This document shows, in pieces, positions 38,385 to 48,005 of a DNA stretch of 64,000 bases (within the stretch, counting starts at the first letter, position 1; every line of letters begins with the position of its first letter). Position numbers and translations under genes: made by a program. Below the pieces are notes generated by a model. That model was not told the origin of the DNA, ran no database searches, and saw only the letters and a program-made list of their open reading frames with translations. The stretch lies in NCBI GenBank assembly GCA_963842085.1, contig CAWJET010000001.1, positions 2,720,001 to 2,784,000 of the forward strand. Direction: 5' to 3'. This DNA is from an uncultured delta proteobacterium. Its GTDB lineage: Bacteria; Desulfobacterota; Binatia; Binatales; Binataceae.

Positions 38385-39401
38385 TTATCTTGCCGGCTTT
38401 ACGGCCGGTTTGCCCGCCTCCGCTTTCCGCTCGAGTGCGATCGCGCGCCGATGCTCGTCGAACGTTCTGGAAAAGACGTGAGTGCCGCCTTCGCGCGCGA
38501 CAAAATAGAGAAAATCGGTCTGCGTCGGGTATAGCGCTGCTTCGATTGATTTGAGCCCCGGATTAGCGATCGGCCCCGGCGGCAGGCCGGTAAAGTCGTA
38601 GGTGTTGAAAGCCGACGCCGTGTGGACCGCGCTCGCGGCCGGTTCCTTGCTGCCGTCGAGCTCGTACTCGGCCGTCGGATCGGATTGCAGGGGCATTCCG
38701 AGCCGCAGCCGATTGTAGAAAACACCTGCGATTAGAGGGCGCTCGCCGGCCGCTTTCGCCTCCTTCTCGACGATCGAGGCCATCGTGACCAGCCGGCGCG
38801 CGTCGAGGCCGACCGCGAACATCCGCTCTTCAACCTGCGGCGTCAGGACCTGGTAGAACCGCGCGAGCATGGCGGCGAGCACGTCGTTGGTCTTCGCGTG
38901 CGGCGAGAACCTGTAGGTCGCGGGGAACAGGTAGCCTTCCGCGCCGAGCGGCATCAGGCCAAGCGCGCGGACTATCGCGCCGTGGCGCGCGGCATCTTCG
39001 AACTGGTCCTCGCAGACCAGGCCCGTCTCGGCCAGCTTTTCTGCGATCTGATGGACGGTCAAGCCTTCGGGAATGGTGACCGTCACGACGATAAAATCAC
39101 CCCTGACCAAATGGCCCATCACGTCGGGAATCCGCTCGCCGCCGTGGAAAGCATAGTCGCCCGGCTTGATTTCGCGCGCGGTCTGGCTCATCTGGCCGTA
39201 CAATCGGAGCGCGAGTTCGCTTCGAACGACGCCGGCGTCGGCCAGCGCCCGCGCGATTTGGCGAAAGGACTCGCCCTTTTCAATCGTGAGCTCGCGCGGC
39301 GGTGAGAATCTTTCGGTAGGACTGAGCCAGAAGTACGAAAGCGCGGCGTACGAAGCGCCCAAGACGATCGCGATAACGAGAACTGTCGCCGCAAGCTTCA
39401 T
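38385..39401 (-). CDS. mltG: Endolytic transglycosylase MltG
   Basis: TIPEG, EGYLFPATY, ASIVEKE, LQSDPT, GLPPGPIANPG. Confidence 0.95.
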   Translation of the reverse strand: MKLAATVLVIAIVLGASYAALSYFWLSPTERFSPPRELTIEKGESFRQIARALADAGVVRSELALRLYGQMSQTAREIKPGDYAFHGGERIPDVMGHLVRGDFIVVTVTIPEGLTVHQIAEKLAETGLVCEDQFEDAARHGAIVRALGLMPLGAEGYLFPATYRFSPHAKTNDVLAAMLARFYQVLTPQVEERMFAVGLDARRLVTMASIVEKEAKAAGERPLIAGVFYNRLRLGMPLQSDPTAEYELDGSKEPAASAVHTASAFNTYDFTGLPPGPIANPGLKSIEAALYPTQTDFLYFVAREGGTHVFSRTFDEHRRAIALERKAEAGKPAVKPAR

Positions 39402-39437
39402 CCAATTCGAGGATATATTTCGCGCCGTAATTTTTCA

Positions 39438-39493
39438 TTAGCAGCGGTCGCCGCGCGGAATTTTGTCCGGATCCGCCTGCATCCAGCCTTCGA
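39438..39493 (-). pseudogene. Orphan 3' fragment of ruvX (EGWMQADPDKIPRGDRC*)
   Basis: 39462-39493 matches 42179-42210 at 28 of 32 nt. Confidence 0.85.
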
Positions 39494-39527
39494 CCCCCAA
39501 GCCGTGATCGAACGGGCTATTTTCCTT

Positions 39528-39548
39528 TTATGGCATCTAATGCCATAA
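39528..39548. promoter_or_regulatory. TA operator TTATGGCAT-CTA-ATGCCATAA
   Basis: Perfect 9-bp inverted repeat just upstream of the toxin gene. Confidence 0.7.
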
Positions 39549-39554
39549 TACCTT

Positions 39555-39846
39555 ATGCGCCGCTGATTCTTGAGACGCGAGATGTAATTGGAGGCGGGCG
39601 TTTTCTGCAGGAAGTTGGAATTTCGAGTTTCGCGCCCACTCGCGAGCTGCACGAAGGAATCCGGTACTCTCTTTGTCTCGTGGAGCTTGAGAGCGGCAAC
39701 GTGGTTTTGCTCTACGATGTTCATCGGGGTAAGTCGCATCACCGACACTTGCGCGGCAAAGAGACCGTTACAAGTTCGTCAACGAGGACACGTTGCTCGA
39801 CGATTTCTTGCGTGACGTGAATCTGCTCCTGGAGGGTAAGTTATGA
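39555..39846 (+). pseudogene. Frameshifted TumE/DUF6516-type toxin
   Basis: GIRYSL...YDVHRGKSHHRHLRG motif; tail YKFVNEDTLLDDFLRDV..GKL* in another frame, stop overlapping the antitoxin ATG; likely second shift just after ATG 39555. Confidence 0.75.
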
Positions 39847-40244
39847 GCGCACGGCGGCTTTACATCGGTATCCGCGCGAGTGCTGAGCGATCCAAAGCGC
39901 TTCGCGAAGCGATTCGGCGAGTCGCGCGCGGTGACCGCGCCTCGCAGGGGGCGGGGCTATATTTCGAAACCGTCGAGGAGCTTCGGCAGATTCTGACCGA
40001 GAAGCGGCTGGAACTGTTGCTCGCGATCACGCGCTACCGGCCGGCGTCGGTCCACGAACTCGCCGGGCTGCTCGAGCGTGACTACAAGAACGTGAGCACT
40101 GACATCACGCTGCTCGAACGGCTGGGACTGGTAAAGCTGGGCGCTAAGGGCGGCAAGGGAAGAGCGCAGACGCCGACTGTCCCGTATGACGAGATTCAGG
40201 TAACCATCGATCTGCGACAACCGCGCGCGGCACATGCCGCTTGA
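39843..40244 (+). CDS. HVO_A0114-like winged-HTH antitoxin
   Basis: LT.KRLELL..I....PASVHELAGLLERDYKNV..D...L. Confidence 0.85.
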   Translation: MSARRLYIGIRASAERSKALREAIRRVARGDRASQGAGLYFETVEELRQILTEKRLELLLAITRYRPASVHELAGLLERDYKNVSTDITLLERLGLVKLGAKGGKGRAQTPTVPYDEIQVTIDLRQPRAAHAA

Positions 40245-40251
40245 CAGCGCT

Positions 40252-40342
40252 GCATCCCGGCGATCGCCTTGAGGTCTGTTTTGAGCGCGTGCCGCTCGAC
40301 GATTGCCGTGGATGCGCTCCCCATCGAGGCCGCGTCGGTGAC
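40252..40342 (-). pseudogene. Orphan internal 5'-proximal fragment of ruvX
   Basis: About 80% identical to 42454-42544, including an exact 23-mer CCCATCGAGGCCGCGTCGGTGAC. Confidence 0.85.
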
Positions 40343-40586
40343 TCGATCGGCGACACCCTGTTACCTTCGGAACCACCCTGATCTCGTAGGCACGCGCGGC
40401 ACGCATCGCGGCGTGGGCTGAAGATCCAATCACTACCGATTCATTTTTCTTTTGATTTCTTTAGCGGCCGGCGATGCGCTTGGCGTGGCTCTTGCGTCTT
40501 TGAATTCGCAAGAAAAAGAGTTGAATCGAGCGCTCGCGGACCGATCACGAGCGGGCGGCGCAATGCTCGCCGCCAAGAAGGCAGTC

Positions 40587-42110
40587 ATGGCGCCATCCAA
40601 AGAATCTTTCCGGCTGAGCACCCAAGACGCGTCGTTCCTCTATGGTGAGGCGGCTAATGGACCGTTGAATATGGCGATGCTTGGCACGTTCCGCAGCCAT
40701 ATCGACTTCAAGAGCCTGCGCGCGTACGTGGATGCGCGGATGCATCTGCTGCCCCGCTATCGTCAGCGGCTCGTGTTCGCGCCGCTCAACCTTGCCCATC
40801 CGAGCCTCGAAGACGACCCCGGCTTCGACCTCGCCAATCACATGTTCTGCCATGAGCTGCCGCTCGATTCGTCGGAAGCGGTGCTGATGAAGGCGGTGAT
40901 GCAGGTCTACGAAAAGCCGCTCGATCGCGGCAAGCCGTTGTGGGAACTCCACTTGTTCACCGGCCTGAGGGGTGGACACAGCGCGATCCTTACCAAGATT
41001 CATCATTGCCTTGCCGATGGGATTTCAGGAATGGAACTGCTCGCCGCGACGACGAGCACCCGCCCGGACGCTCCCGCGCCGACGCCTCCAGATGAGCCCT
41101 GGAGGGCGGCGCCGACTCCGGGGCGCGTGGAACGGGTTGCGTCTGCGCTCACCGACCTCGCGCGCTCGCGAATCGAGTTGGCGCGCCGCGCAGCCGACGC
41201 GATCACGAATTTGCGCGATTTGGACGAGCAGGCGTCCGCGCCGGCGGCGGTCGTGCAGACAATCCGGCGAATGGGTCAGCCGATCGTAGCGGCCCCGTGG
41301 AACGCCGCGACGGTGACGGCTGCGCGCACAGTGGCGTGGCTGCGATGCCCGCTTCACGACGTCGCCCGCATACGCACCACCTTCGGCGGGACCATCAACG
41401 ACGTGGTGCTGGCCATCCTGAGCGAAGGGGCCGCGCGCTACCTGGCGTTTCACGGCTGCCCCACCGAGGGGCGTCCTATCCGAATCGGATGTCCGGTGAA
41501 CGTCCGCGCGAAAGACGAATATGGGAAGCTCGGCAACCGCGTCTCGATGATGTTCCCCGAGTTCGACGCCCGGACGATGAACACCGTCGATCGACTGAAG
41601 GCGGTCATCGAGGAGACCTCGCGGATCAAGGCCGCCAAAGAGGCGCTCGCGTTCGAGAACCTGATGTCTGCGCTCGACTACGTCCCGCCGGCAGCACTCG
41701 GGCTGGCGTCGCGGCTGCTGACCTCGGCGATCGAAGTGGGAGGACGGCTCGCCGGCGCGGCGCCACGGCTGGCGCGGCGTGCGCCGATGCTCGGCACGGG
41801 CATCAGCTTCATCGCGACCAACATCCCGGGCTCGCCGGTGCCGGTCTATCTCGCGGGCCATCAGTTGGTCGATACGGTTGGCATGGTTCCGCTCACCGCG
41901 ACGCTCGGCTATGGCGTTACGATCCTGAGCTACAACCGCAACCTCTATTTGGCGCTGACGGCGGAGCCGAACCTGATGCCGGACGTGGGCTTCATGAAGT
42001 CGCGAATCAAGGAGACGCTGCGCGAGTTGATTGCGCGGGTACCGAAGGAGATCGTGCCGGCCGCGCCGTCTGCTGTGCCGGCCTCTGCCGCGATTCGCGA
42101 GGTCGCCTGA
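40587..42110 (+). CDS. Wax ester/triacylglycerol synthase (WS/DGAT) O-acyltransferase
   Basis: LS.QDASFL, PLDRGKPLWE, KIHHCLADG, TINDVVL, GNRVS, TNIPG. Confidence 0.92.
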   Translation: MAPSKESFRLSTQDASFLYGEAANGPLNMAMLGTFRSHIDFKSLRAYVDARMHLLPRYRQRLVFAPLNLAHPSLEDDPGFDLANHMFCHELPLDSSEAVLMKAVMQVYEKPLDRGKPLWELHLFTGLRGGHSAILTKIHHCLADGISGMELLAATTSTRPDAPAPTPPDEPWRAAPTPGRVERVASALTDLARSRIELARRAADAITNLRDLDEQASAPAAVVQTIRRMGQPIVAAPWNAATVTAARTVAWLRCPLHDVARIRTTFGGTINDVVLAILSEGAARYLAFHGCPTEGRPIRIGCPVNVRAKDEYGKLGNRVSMMFPEFDARTMNTVDRLKAVIEETSRIKAAKEALAFENLMSALDYVPPAALGLASRLLTSAIEVGGRLAGAAPRLARRAPMLGTGISFIATNIPGSPVPVYLAGHQLVDTVGMVPLTATLGYGVTILSYNRNLYLALTAEPNLMPDVGFMKSRIKETLRELIARVPKEIVPAAPSAVPASAAIREVA

Positions 42111-42146
42111 GCCGCGAGCGCTTGCTCCGGTTGCGCGTCCGCGACG

Positions 42147-42181
42147 AAAGTCCCCCGCTAACTGCGAGCGTGGGGGACTTT
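42147..42181. terminator. Hairpin AAAGTCCCCC...GGGGGACTTT overlapping the ruvX stop
   Basis: 10-bp perfect stem between convergent genes. Confidence 0.55.
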
Positions 42182-42592
42182 GTCCGGATGCGCTTGCATC
42201 CATCCTTCCAGGATGACGACTGCCGCAAGGGCGTCGACGCCGCTCTTGCGCGTGCCCTTCCTCGCCGGCATATCCGCCAGACGATCGCGGGCTTCGAAGC
42301 TTGTCAGCCGCTCGTCGAATAACTCGACGGTGACGCGCAGCTCGAGCGCGAGGTGCGCGGCGAACTTGCGCGCGGAGCGGGCCGCAGGGCCTTCGCTGCC
42401 ATCCATGTTGAGCGGCAGGCCGACGACGATCATGCTCACGCGGCGGTCACCAAGCATCTCGGCGATTGCGTCGAGGTCGCGCTTGAGTGCGCGCCGTTCG
42501 ACGATTCCCAGCGGATACGCACCCATCGAGGCCGCGTCGGTGACAGCAACCCCGATTCGACGGCTGCCGAGATCAAGCGCTGCTATTGGCAT
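42158..42592 (-). CDS. ruvX: RuvX/YqgF pre-16S rRNA nuclease
   Basis: ALDLGSRRIGVA, VGLPLNMDGSEG, DERLTS, VDALAA..IL. Confidence 0.95.
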   Translation of the reverse strand: MPIAALDLGSRRIGVAVTDAASMGAYPLGIVERRALKRDLDAIAEMLGDRRVSMIVVGLPLNMDGSEGPAARSARKFAAHLALELRVTVELFDERLTSFEARDRLADMPARKGTRKSGVDALAAVVILEGWMQAHPDKVPHARS

Positions 42593-42706
42593 CCGCGTCC
42601 CTCTCCAATCGCGTCGGGTGCGCTTGATACTCACGATTCATAGATGATCTCCCTCGTCTGGCGGGACAGTAACAATTTTTATGGCCGCTGATACTATAGG
42701 TGCCGC

Positions 42707-43819
42707 ATGCGTTCCCCGGCGCTTTGTTTTGCGAATGTCGTATTGGCGGTGCTGCTCTGCCCTGCATCGGCGTGGGCCTGGGGAAATGACGGGCACGAAA
42801 TCGTTGCAGTCATCGCGGCTGATAATCTCACGCCGGCGGCGGCGAGCCACGTGGCAAACATCCTGGACGTGCCCGCGAATAAAAGAGCAATTGCAACCGC
42901 GATGGAGGCGTCTTCGATCCGTCCGGATACCGAATTCCGCGATGAAGATAAATCGACCGCCTCGTGGCATTTTATCGACATTTGTCTGCAGGACCGGCGA
43001 ACCGACGTTCCGGCGCGATGCCCCGGCGGCAACTGCATAACCCGGAAAATTGACGAATACTCCAAGCGCTTGAAAGAGGGGAAGTACGACCGATGGGGTG
43101 CGGCCGATGATTTGGCGTTCCTGATTCATTTTGTCGGTGACATCCACCAACCGTTGCACGCCGCGAATGACGAAGACCGCGGCGGCAATTGCGTGACCGT
43201 CGATTCGCGTTATCGAGAAACGAATCTTCACGCCATTTGGGACACCACTGTCGTGCGCCGCCTCGAATACGATATCGATTCCGGAAGGCCCGAGACTACA
43301 GCCCACAAGTTGGAACGAACATATGCGGATGAGAAAGAGGCCGATTCGTGGATTCCTGCAGACGATATCGCATGGGGATCGAATCAAATTGCGCGTTCCG
43401 ACATCTACGCCGCGCTGCAAATCCGGATCGAACCCTGCCAACCCACAGCCGATGTATGCCGCAATCCCTTAGGCCATCCCGTTGAGCTCAACGCTGCTTA
43501 CCTGGACCACGCTGACGCGGTCGCGGGTCATCAGCTTGCGAAAGCGGGATTCAGGCTGGCGAGCCTCTTGAATGAGATCTGGACACAGCCCGTTCGTCCG
43601 AACGATGCGACGGGTGCCGCGAAAGCCAATTCGGCCCCGGCGGAAGTTCCTCCGTCGGATACCGCATTGGGCCAAATCGTCGGTAATCGACGAAGCAAGA
43701 TTTACGCGTGGCCGGGGTGCGGAAGCTACGACAAGATGGCGCCTGGGAATCGAGTCGTGTTTCCCAGTCGTGGAGCGGCGGAACAGGCGGGGTTTCGGGC
43801 GGCTCGGAATTGTCCTTAA
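42707..43819 (+). CDS. Secreted S1/P1 nuclease with C-terminal Ada-metal-binding-like domain
   Basis: AWGNDGH, WHFID, HFVGDIHQPLH, NLHAIWD; GNRRSKIY..PGC...AEQAGFR. Confidence 0.88.
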   Translation: MRSPALCFANVVLAVLLCPASAWAWGNDGHEIVAVIAADNLTPAAASHVANILDVPANKRAIATAMEASSIRPDTEFRDEDKSTASWHFIDICLQDRRTDVPARCPGGNCITRKIDEYSKRLKEGKYDRWGAADDLAFLIHFVGDIHQPLHAANDEDRGGNCVTVDSRYRETNLHAIWDTTVVRRLEYDIDSGRPETTAHKLERTYADEKEADSWIPADDIAWGSNQIARSDIYAALQIRIEPCQPTADVCRNPLGHPVELNAAYLDHADAVAGHQLAKAGFRLASLLNEIWTQPVRPNDATGAAKANSAPAEVPPSDTALGQIVGNRRSKIYAWPGCGSYDKMAPGNRVVFPSRGAAEQAGFRAARNCP

Positions 43820-43934
43820 CGGTGCCAATCTAACGACGGATGCGTGAATTGGTGTCGCTGCCGTAACCGGAACATCAAATATCTGACATGTTGGGGTTGC
43901 GTTGAGTCGCCAAATCACTTACGTTCGCTAAACG

Positions 43935-45413
43935 ATGGCGGCTCGGGGGAGAAGCTTCGCGGGATATCCACGCGCGTTGGTGGGGTTGGTCGTTGCCCTG
44001 GTCGCGACCACCACCGCTCTGTTTCTTTTTTTTCAAACAAATCCGCAGGTTTTTTCCTCGCCGCTCGACACGCTCAGCTCCGAAATGGACGCCGGCAAGG
44101 AGATTCCTGACGTAGTCGAACAATCCGAATCCGCCCAGCCCGCTCCTCCATCGATCACAATCAGCACGACGCTCGATCGTACCGCGCCCATCGAGAGCTA
44201 CCTGCGCGAAGCCGGGATGGAGCCGGCCGACGCGCACCAGTGGGCGTCGTACCTCCAGCGCATCCTCGCGAACCGGTATTTTCACAGCGGGCATCCGCTG
44301 ACGCTATACAAGGATCCCGAGACCGGCGAGATGCGCGGGCTCAAATACGATCTTGACGAAAAGACCGCGGTGACCGCGGCGAGCCTCGGCGCAGGCGTGC
44401 TGAAGGCCGGGCTGCGGCCCATCGAATATTTCATTCGGCCGATCAAGATGACGTTCGGGGTCAAGGACAGCTTTCAGCATGCGGCCGCTGAGAACGGGAT
44501 ACCCAAGCCAATTGTTGAATCGCTGCAGGACGCCTTCTCGGACCGCCACGATCTCAACCGGCTGGCGCCCGGGTCGGCGGTCAAGTTGATTTACGACGAA
44601 AAGGTGAGCCGCGACGGCTCGTACACGCTGGTCGGCGGCGTGCAGGCGGCGCAAATCCGGTTTGGCAGCCGCACGTTGACGGCGATCTCGTTTGCGGACG
44701 AGCAGGGCCGCCCGCATTTGTATGACGAACAAGGACATGCGCTCGGTCCGCAGTCGCTGAAGTTTCCGCTCAATTTTGAGTACATATCTTCCGGCTTCAC
44801 GTTCCATCGCTATCATCCGATTCTGCACGAGTTCCGCCCGCATTTCGGTGTCGACCTGGTGGCGAAATACGGCGAGCCGGTCAAAGCCGTTGCCGATGGC
44901 CAGGTTATAAGCGCCGGATGGCAGGGCGAGCTCGGCAATTGCATCCGCCTCCAGCATCAGCATGAGATGGTCAGCCTTTACGGTCATCTGTCGAAGATTA
45001 GTCCCGAGGTGAGGCCGGGCGCCTACGTCCATGTCGGGCAGGTGATTGGCAATGTCGGTTCGACCGGCCTGTCGACCGGGCCGCATCTCCACTTCGGGAT
45101 GGAAAAAGCGGGAATGTGGGTCAATCCCCTGACCGAGAAACTCGGCGAGAATCACCAGGTGTCGCCGCGGATGAAGGCGCTGTTCGACGACATCAAGGAC
45201 CAATACCAATCCGCGCTGGCCGAACTTCCCGACCTCGGCAGCCACTTCATCGCGTCCGGAGAGCGCAAGCCCGCAATCTCGAAGTTCGCCGACATGTACC
45301 ACGTGACGCTCGGCCGCAGCTTGGGCAGGAGCAGGCATCTGCGGGGACAGAGAATTTCGAGCCTCCGCAGCGGCCGGGCGCTCGGAGCCGCACAGTCCGA
45401 CGGCGCTCTTTGA
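43935..45413 (+). CDS. M23 family peptidoglycan DD-endopeptidase (MepM-like)
   Basis: HFGVD, YGHLS, STGPHLHF; N-terminal TM. Confidence 0.9.
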   Translation: MAARGRSFAGYPRALVGLVVALVATTTALFLFFQTNPQVFSSPLDTLSSEMDAGKEIPDVVEQSESAQPAPPSITISTTLDRTAPIESYLREAGMEPADAHQWASYLQRILANRYFHSGHPLTLYKDPETGEMRGLKYDLDEKTAVTAASLGAGVLKAGLRPIEYFIRPIKMTFGVKDSFQHAAAENGIPKPIVESLQDAFSDRHDLNRLAPGSAVKLIYDEKVSRDGSYTLVGGVQAAQIRFGSRTLTAISFADEQGRPHLYDEQGHALGPQSLKFPLNFEYISSGFTFHRYHPILHEFRPHFGVDLVAKYGEPVKAVADGQVISAGWQGELGNCIRLQHQHEMVSLYGHLSKISPEVRPGAYVHVGQVIGNVGSTGLSTGPHLHFGMEKAGMWVNPLTEKLGENHQVSPRMKALFDDIKDQYQSALAELPDLGSHFIASGERKPAISKFADMYHVTLGRSLGRSRHLRGQRISSLRSGRALGAAQSDGAL

Positions 45414-45510
45414 TCTGAACGTCCCTACGTTTTCGCTCCAATCTTCCGCCGCCGTTGCCAGTTCGCGGTTTCCCGGCTACTGCTGAGAGCGCGACGCGTC
45501 GCATCTGAAA

Positions 45511-46323
45511 ATGCGCGAGCATCCGAATACCGACTTCTTCACGCCCGCGGCGCCGCGCGTTTTTGGGCATCGCGGTTCCGCCGGCACGCATCCCGAGAAT
45601 ACGCTCGAATCGTTTGGGGCCGCCGCCGCGAGCGGCGCCGAGTATCTCGAATTCGACATCCACATGACGCGCGACGGCGAAGTCGTTGTCAGTCACGACG
45701 ACCATCTGGAGCGCACCTGCGGACGCACCGGCGTCATCCGCGAGATGACATACGCCGAGCTCGCGGCGGCGGACGCGGGCCGGACGTTCACGCTCGACAG
45801 CGCAACATTTCCATTCAGGGACAAGGGCATCCGCGTGCCGCGCCTGGCCGAGGTCCTGGCGGCTTTTCCAAAAATGCGGATGATAGTGGAGGTCAAGCAG
45901 ATAGCACCAAGCGTGGTCGCCCCGATGCTCGACGTGATCGATCGCGCCGGGATGCGCCGCAACGTGCTCGTCGCCAGCGAGCATCAGCAGCCGCTCGACG
46001 AGGTCCGGATGCTGGCGCCGGAAATTCCGACAAACTTTTCGTATCTCGAAGCGGGCGGATTCTTTCAGGCGATGGTGAGCCGCGACAACTATCGGCCGCC
46101 CGGCGACGCACTTCAAATCTCGCACTTTTACGAGAACTGGGAACTGGTCACTCGCCAGAGTGTCGAATTCGCGCACAGCGTTGGAATCGAAATGCACGTC
46201 TGGACGGTGAACGAGGAAGCCGAGATGCGGCAACTGCTCGACATGGGCGTCGACGGCCTGATCAGCGACTATCCACGCCGCGCGCTCGATGTGATTCGCC
46301 GGCGCGCATCTGCACAGCGCTGA
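45511..46323 (+). CDS. Glycerophosphodiester phosphodiesterase
   Basis: GHRG, PENT, EFD, HD, WTVN, SDYP. Confidence 0.93.
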   Translation: MREHPNTDFFTPAAPRVFGHRGSAGTHPENTLESFGAAAASGAEYLEFDIHMTRDGEVVVSHDDHLERTCGRTGVIREMTYAELAAADAGRTFTLDSATFPFRDKGIRVPRLAEVLAAFPKMRMIVEVKQIAPSVVAPMLDVIDRAGMRRNVLVASEHQQPLDEVRMLAPEIPTNFSYLEAGGFFQAMVSRDNYRPPGDALQISHFYENWELVTRQSVEFAHSVGIEMHVWTVNEEAEMRQLLDMGVDGLISDYPRRALDVIRRRASAQR

Positions 46324-46416
46324 GCGCGCTTTTCTATCTGCCGCCGGCTTTGCCAGTTTGGCGCGGGCTTTGTTACGATTTCGCCCGCTCATCGAAGATT
46401 TACGCGGGAGAAAATT

Positions 46417-47436
46417 ATGAAACTCGATACCGGTCTCTCGACGCGCAATTTGCGCGATGTTCCGGCCGCCGCGCGCGCGGCAGAAGCGGCTGGATTCGAT
46501 GCGATCTGGATCCCCGAGGCCGGCAACGACGGTTTCCTCCCCGCCGCGCTGATCGCGGAGCATACCAGGCGAATCAAAATGGGGACGTCGGTTGCGATTG
46601 CGTTTCCGCGCAGCCCGATGATTACCGCGGCGACTGCGTGGGATCTCGCCGGACTTTCGGAGGGCCGGTTCATCCTCGGGCTCGGCACCCAGGTGAAGGG
46701 CCATATCGAGCGGCGCTACAGCACCAAGTGGGAAGCGCCGGTGCCGCGCCTGCGCGAGTACCTGCTGTCGCTTCGTGCGATTTTCAAATGCTGGTCGGAG
46801 GGCGGCGCGAAGCTTTCGTTCCAGGGCAAGTACTACAACTTCTCGCTGATGACGCCGTTCTTCACTCCCGCCAGGCACAACTTTCCCAACGTGCCGATTC
46901 ACATCGCGGGCGTCAACGAACATGTCATCCGGCTCGCCGGCGAACTGTGCGAGGGCCTGCATGCGCATCCGTTCAACTCGCCCAAGTACCTGCGCGAATT
47001 CGTACTGCCGAACGTCGAGAAGGGGCTAAAAAAGGCGGGGCGTGCGCGCAAGGACTTCGAAATCCAATCGACGGCGTTCGTGATCACCGGGCGCAACCAG
47101 GACGAAATAAAAAAAGCGCGCGAAGCGGTCCGGCAGCAGATCTCGTTCTACGCCTCAACGCGCACCTACAAGGTCGTGCTCGACATGCATGGATGGGGCG
47201 ACGTCGCGCAGCGGCTGAACGAAAAGGCGGCCAAGGGCGAGTGGGTCGCGATGGCCAAAGAGATCACGGACGAGATGCTCGACGTGTACACGGTCGCGGG
47301 CACCTACGACGAAATCGCGGACAAGGTGATGCAGCGTTACGGCGGGCTGCTCGACCGGGTCGCGTTTTACCTCCCGTATCGCGCGGGAACCGACGACGCC
47401 GAGTGGGCAAAGCTTGCGAAGCGATTCAATGGCTGA
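46417..47436 (+). CDS. LLM-class F420-dependent oxidoreductase (TIGR03617-like)
   Basis: AIAFPRSPM, GLGTQVKGHIERR, LMTPFF, FYASTRTY. Confidence 0.88.
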   Translation: MKLDTGLSTRNLRDVPAAARAAEAAGFDAIWIPEAGNDGFLPAALIAEHTRRIKMGTSVAIAFPRSPMITAATAWDLAGLSEGRFILGLGTQVKGHIERRYSTKWEAPVPRLREYLLSLRAIFKCWSEGGAKLSFQGKYYNFSLMTPFFTPARHNFPNVPIHIAGVNEHVIRLAGELCEGLHAHPFNSPKYLREFVLPNVEKGLKKAGRARKDFEIQSTAFVITGRNQDEIKKAREAVRQQISFYASTRTYKVVLDMHGWGDVAQRLNEKAAKGEWVAMAKEITDEMLDVYTVAGTYDEIADKVMQRYGGLLDRVAFYLPYRAGTDDAEWAKLAKRFNG

Positions 47437-47493
47437 GTCTCACCATCGTCGTGACAGATTTTCTTGAATCGGCTTAACAAGGAGAGAACTTCG

Positions 47494-47925
47494 ATGAGCA
47501 AGGCAAGGTTGAAAACGATGGCCGCGATTGCGGCCGTGGCGGCGTTGATGCTCCCGAGCGTTAGCCGAATCGCAATGGCGCAGGGCGCAGCTCCCTCAGC
47601 CGCCGCGGCGCCCGCGATGGAAGAACCCGGCACGAGGAGCTTCAAGCTCGTCTCAGTCGAGGTGGATGGCGCGAAAATCTGGCTGCCCAGCGTGATCGCG
47701 GTCGAGCAGGGCGACAAGGTAAAGCTCACGCTCGAGAACCTGGTGCCGGGCGCGTCGAATCAGCACGGCTTTACGATTCCGGCATACAACATCACGGAAG
47801 TCGTGACCCGCGGCGAACCCAAGACGGTCACGTTCGTCGCCGACAAGCCGGGCGTATACCAGTACTTCTGTCAGTTGCATCCCGCGCACATCGGCGGTTC
47901 GCTAATCGTCGAACCCGGGAAGTAG
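47494..47925 (+). CDS. Exported cupredoxin-domain protein
   Basis: Signal peptide; HGFTI...ADKPGVY.YFCQLHPAH. Confidence 0.85.
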   Translation: MSKARLKTMAAIAAVAALMLPSVSRIAMAQGAAPSAAAAPAMEEPGTRSFKLVSVEVDGAKIWLPSVIAVEQGDKVKLTLENLVPGASNQHGFTIPAYNITEVVTRGEPKTVTFVADKPGVYQYFCQLHPAHIGGSLIVEPGK

Positions 47926-48005
47926 CAGGCGCGGGAGCTTGGGTTGCGTCTCGCCGGCGCGTCCCCGATGCCATCGGCGCGCGAAAGGGCTAGGCTTGAT
48001 CGCAC

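Noticed and set aside
42605-43844. CCAATC..CG.CGG.TGCG on both sides of the S1/P1 nuclease gene
   Set aside because: About 15 of 20 nt with gaps; too weak to call a target duplication.
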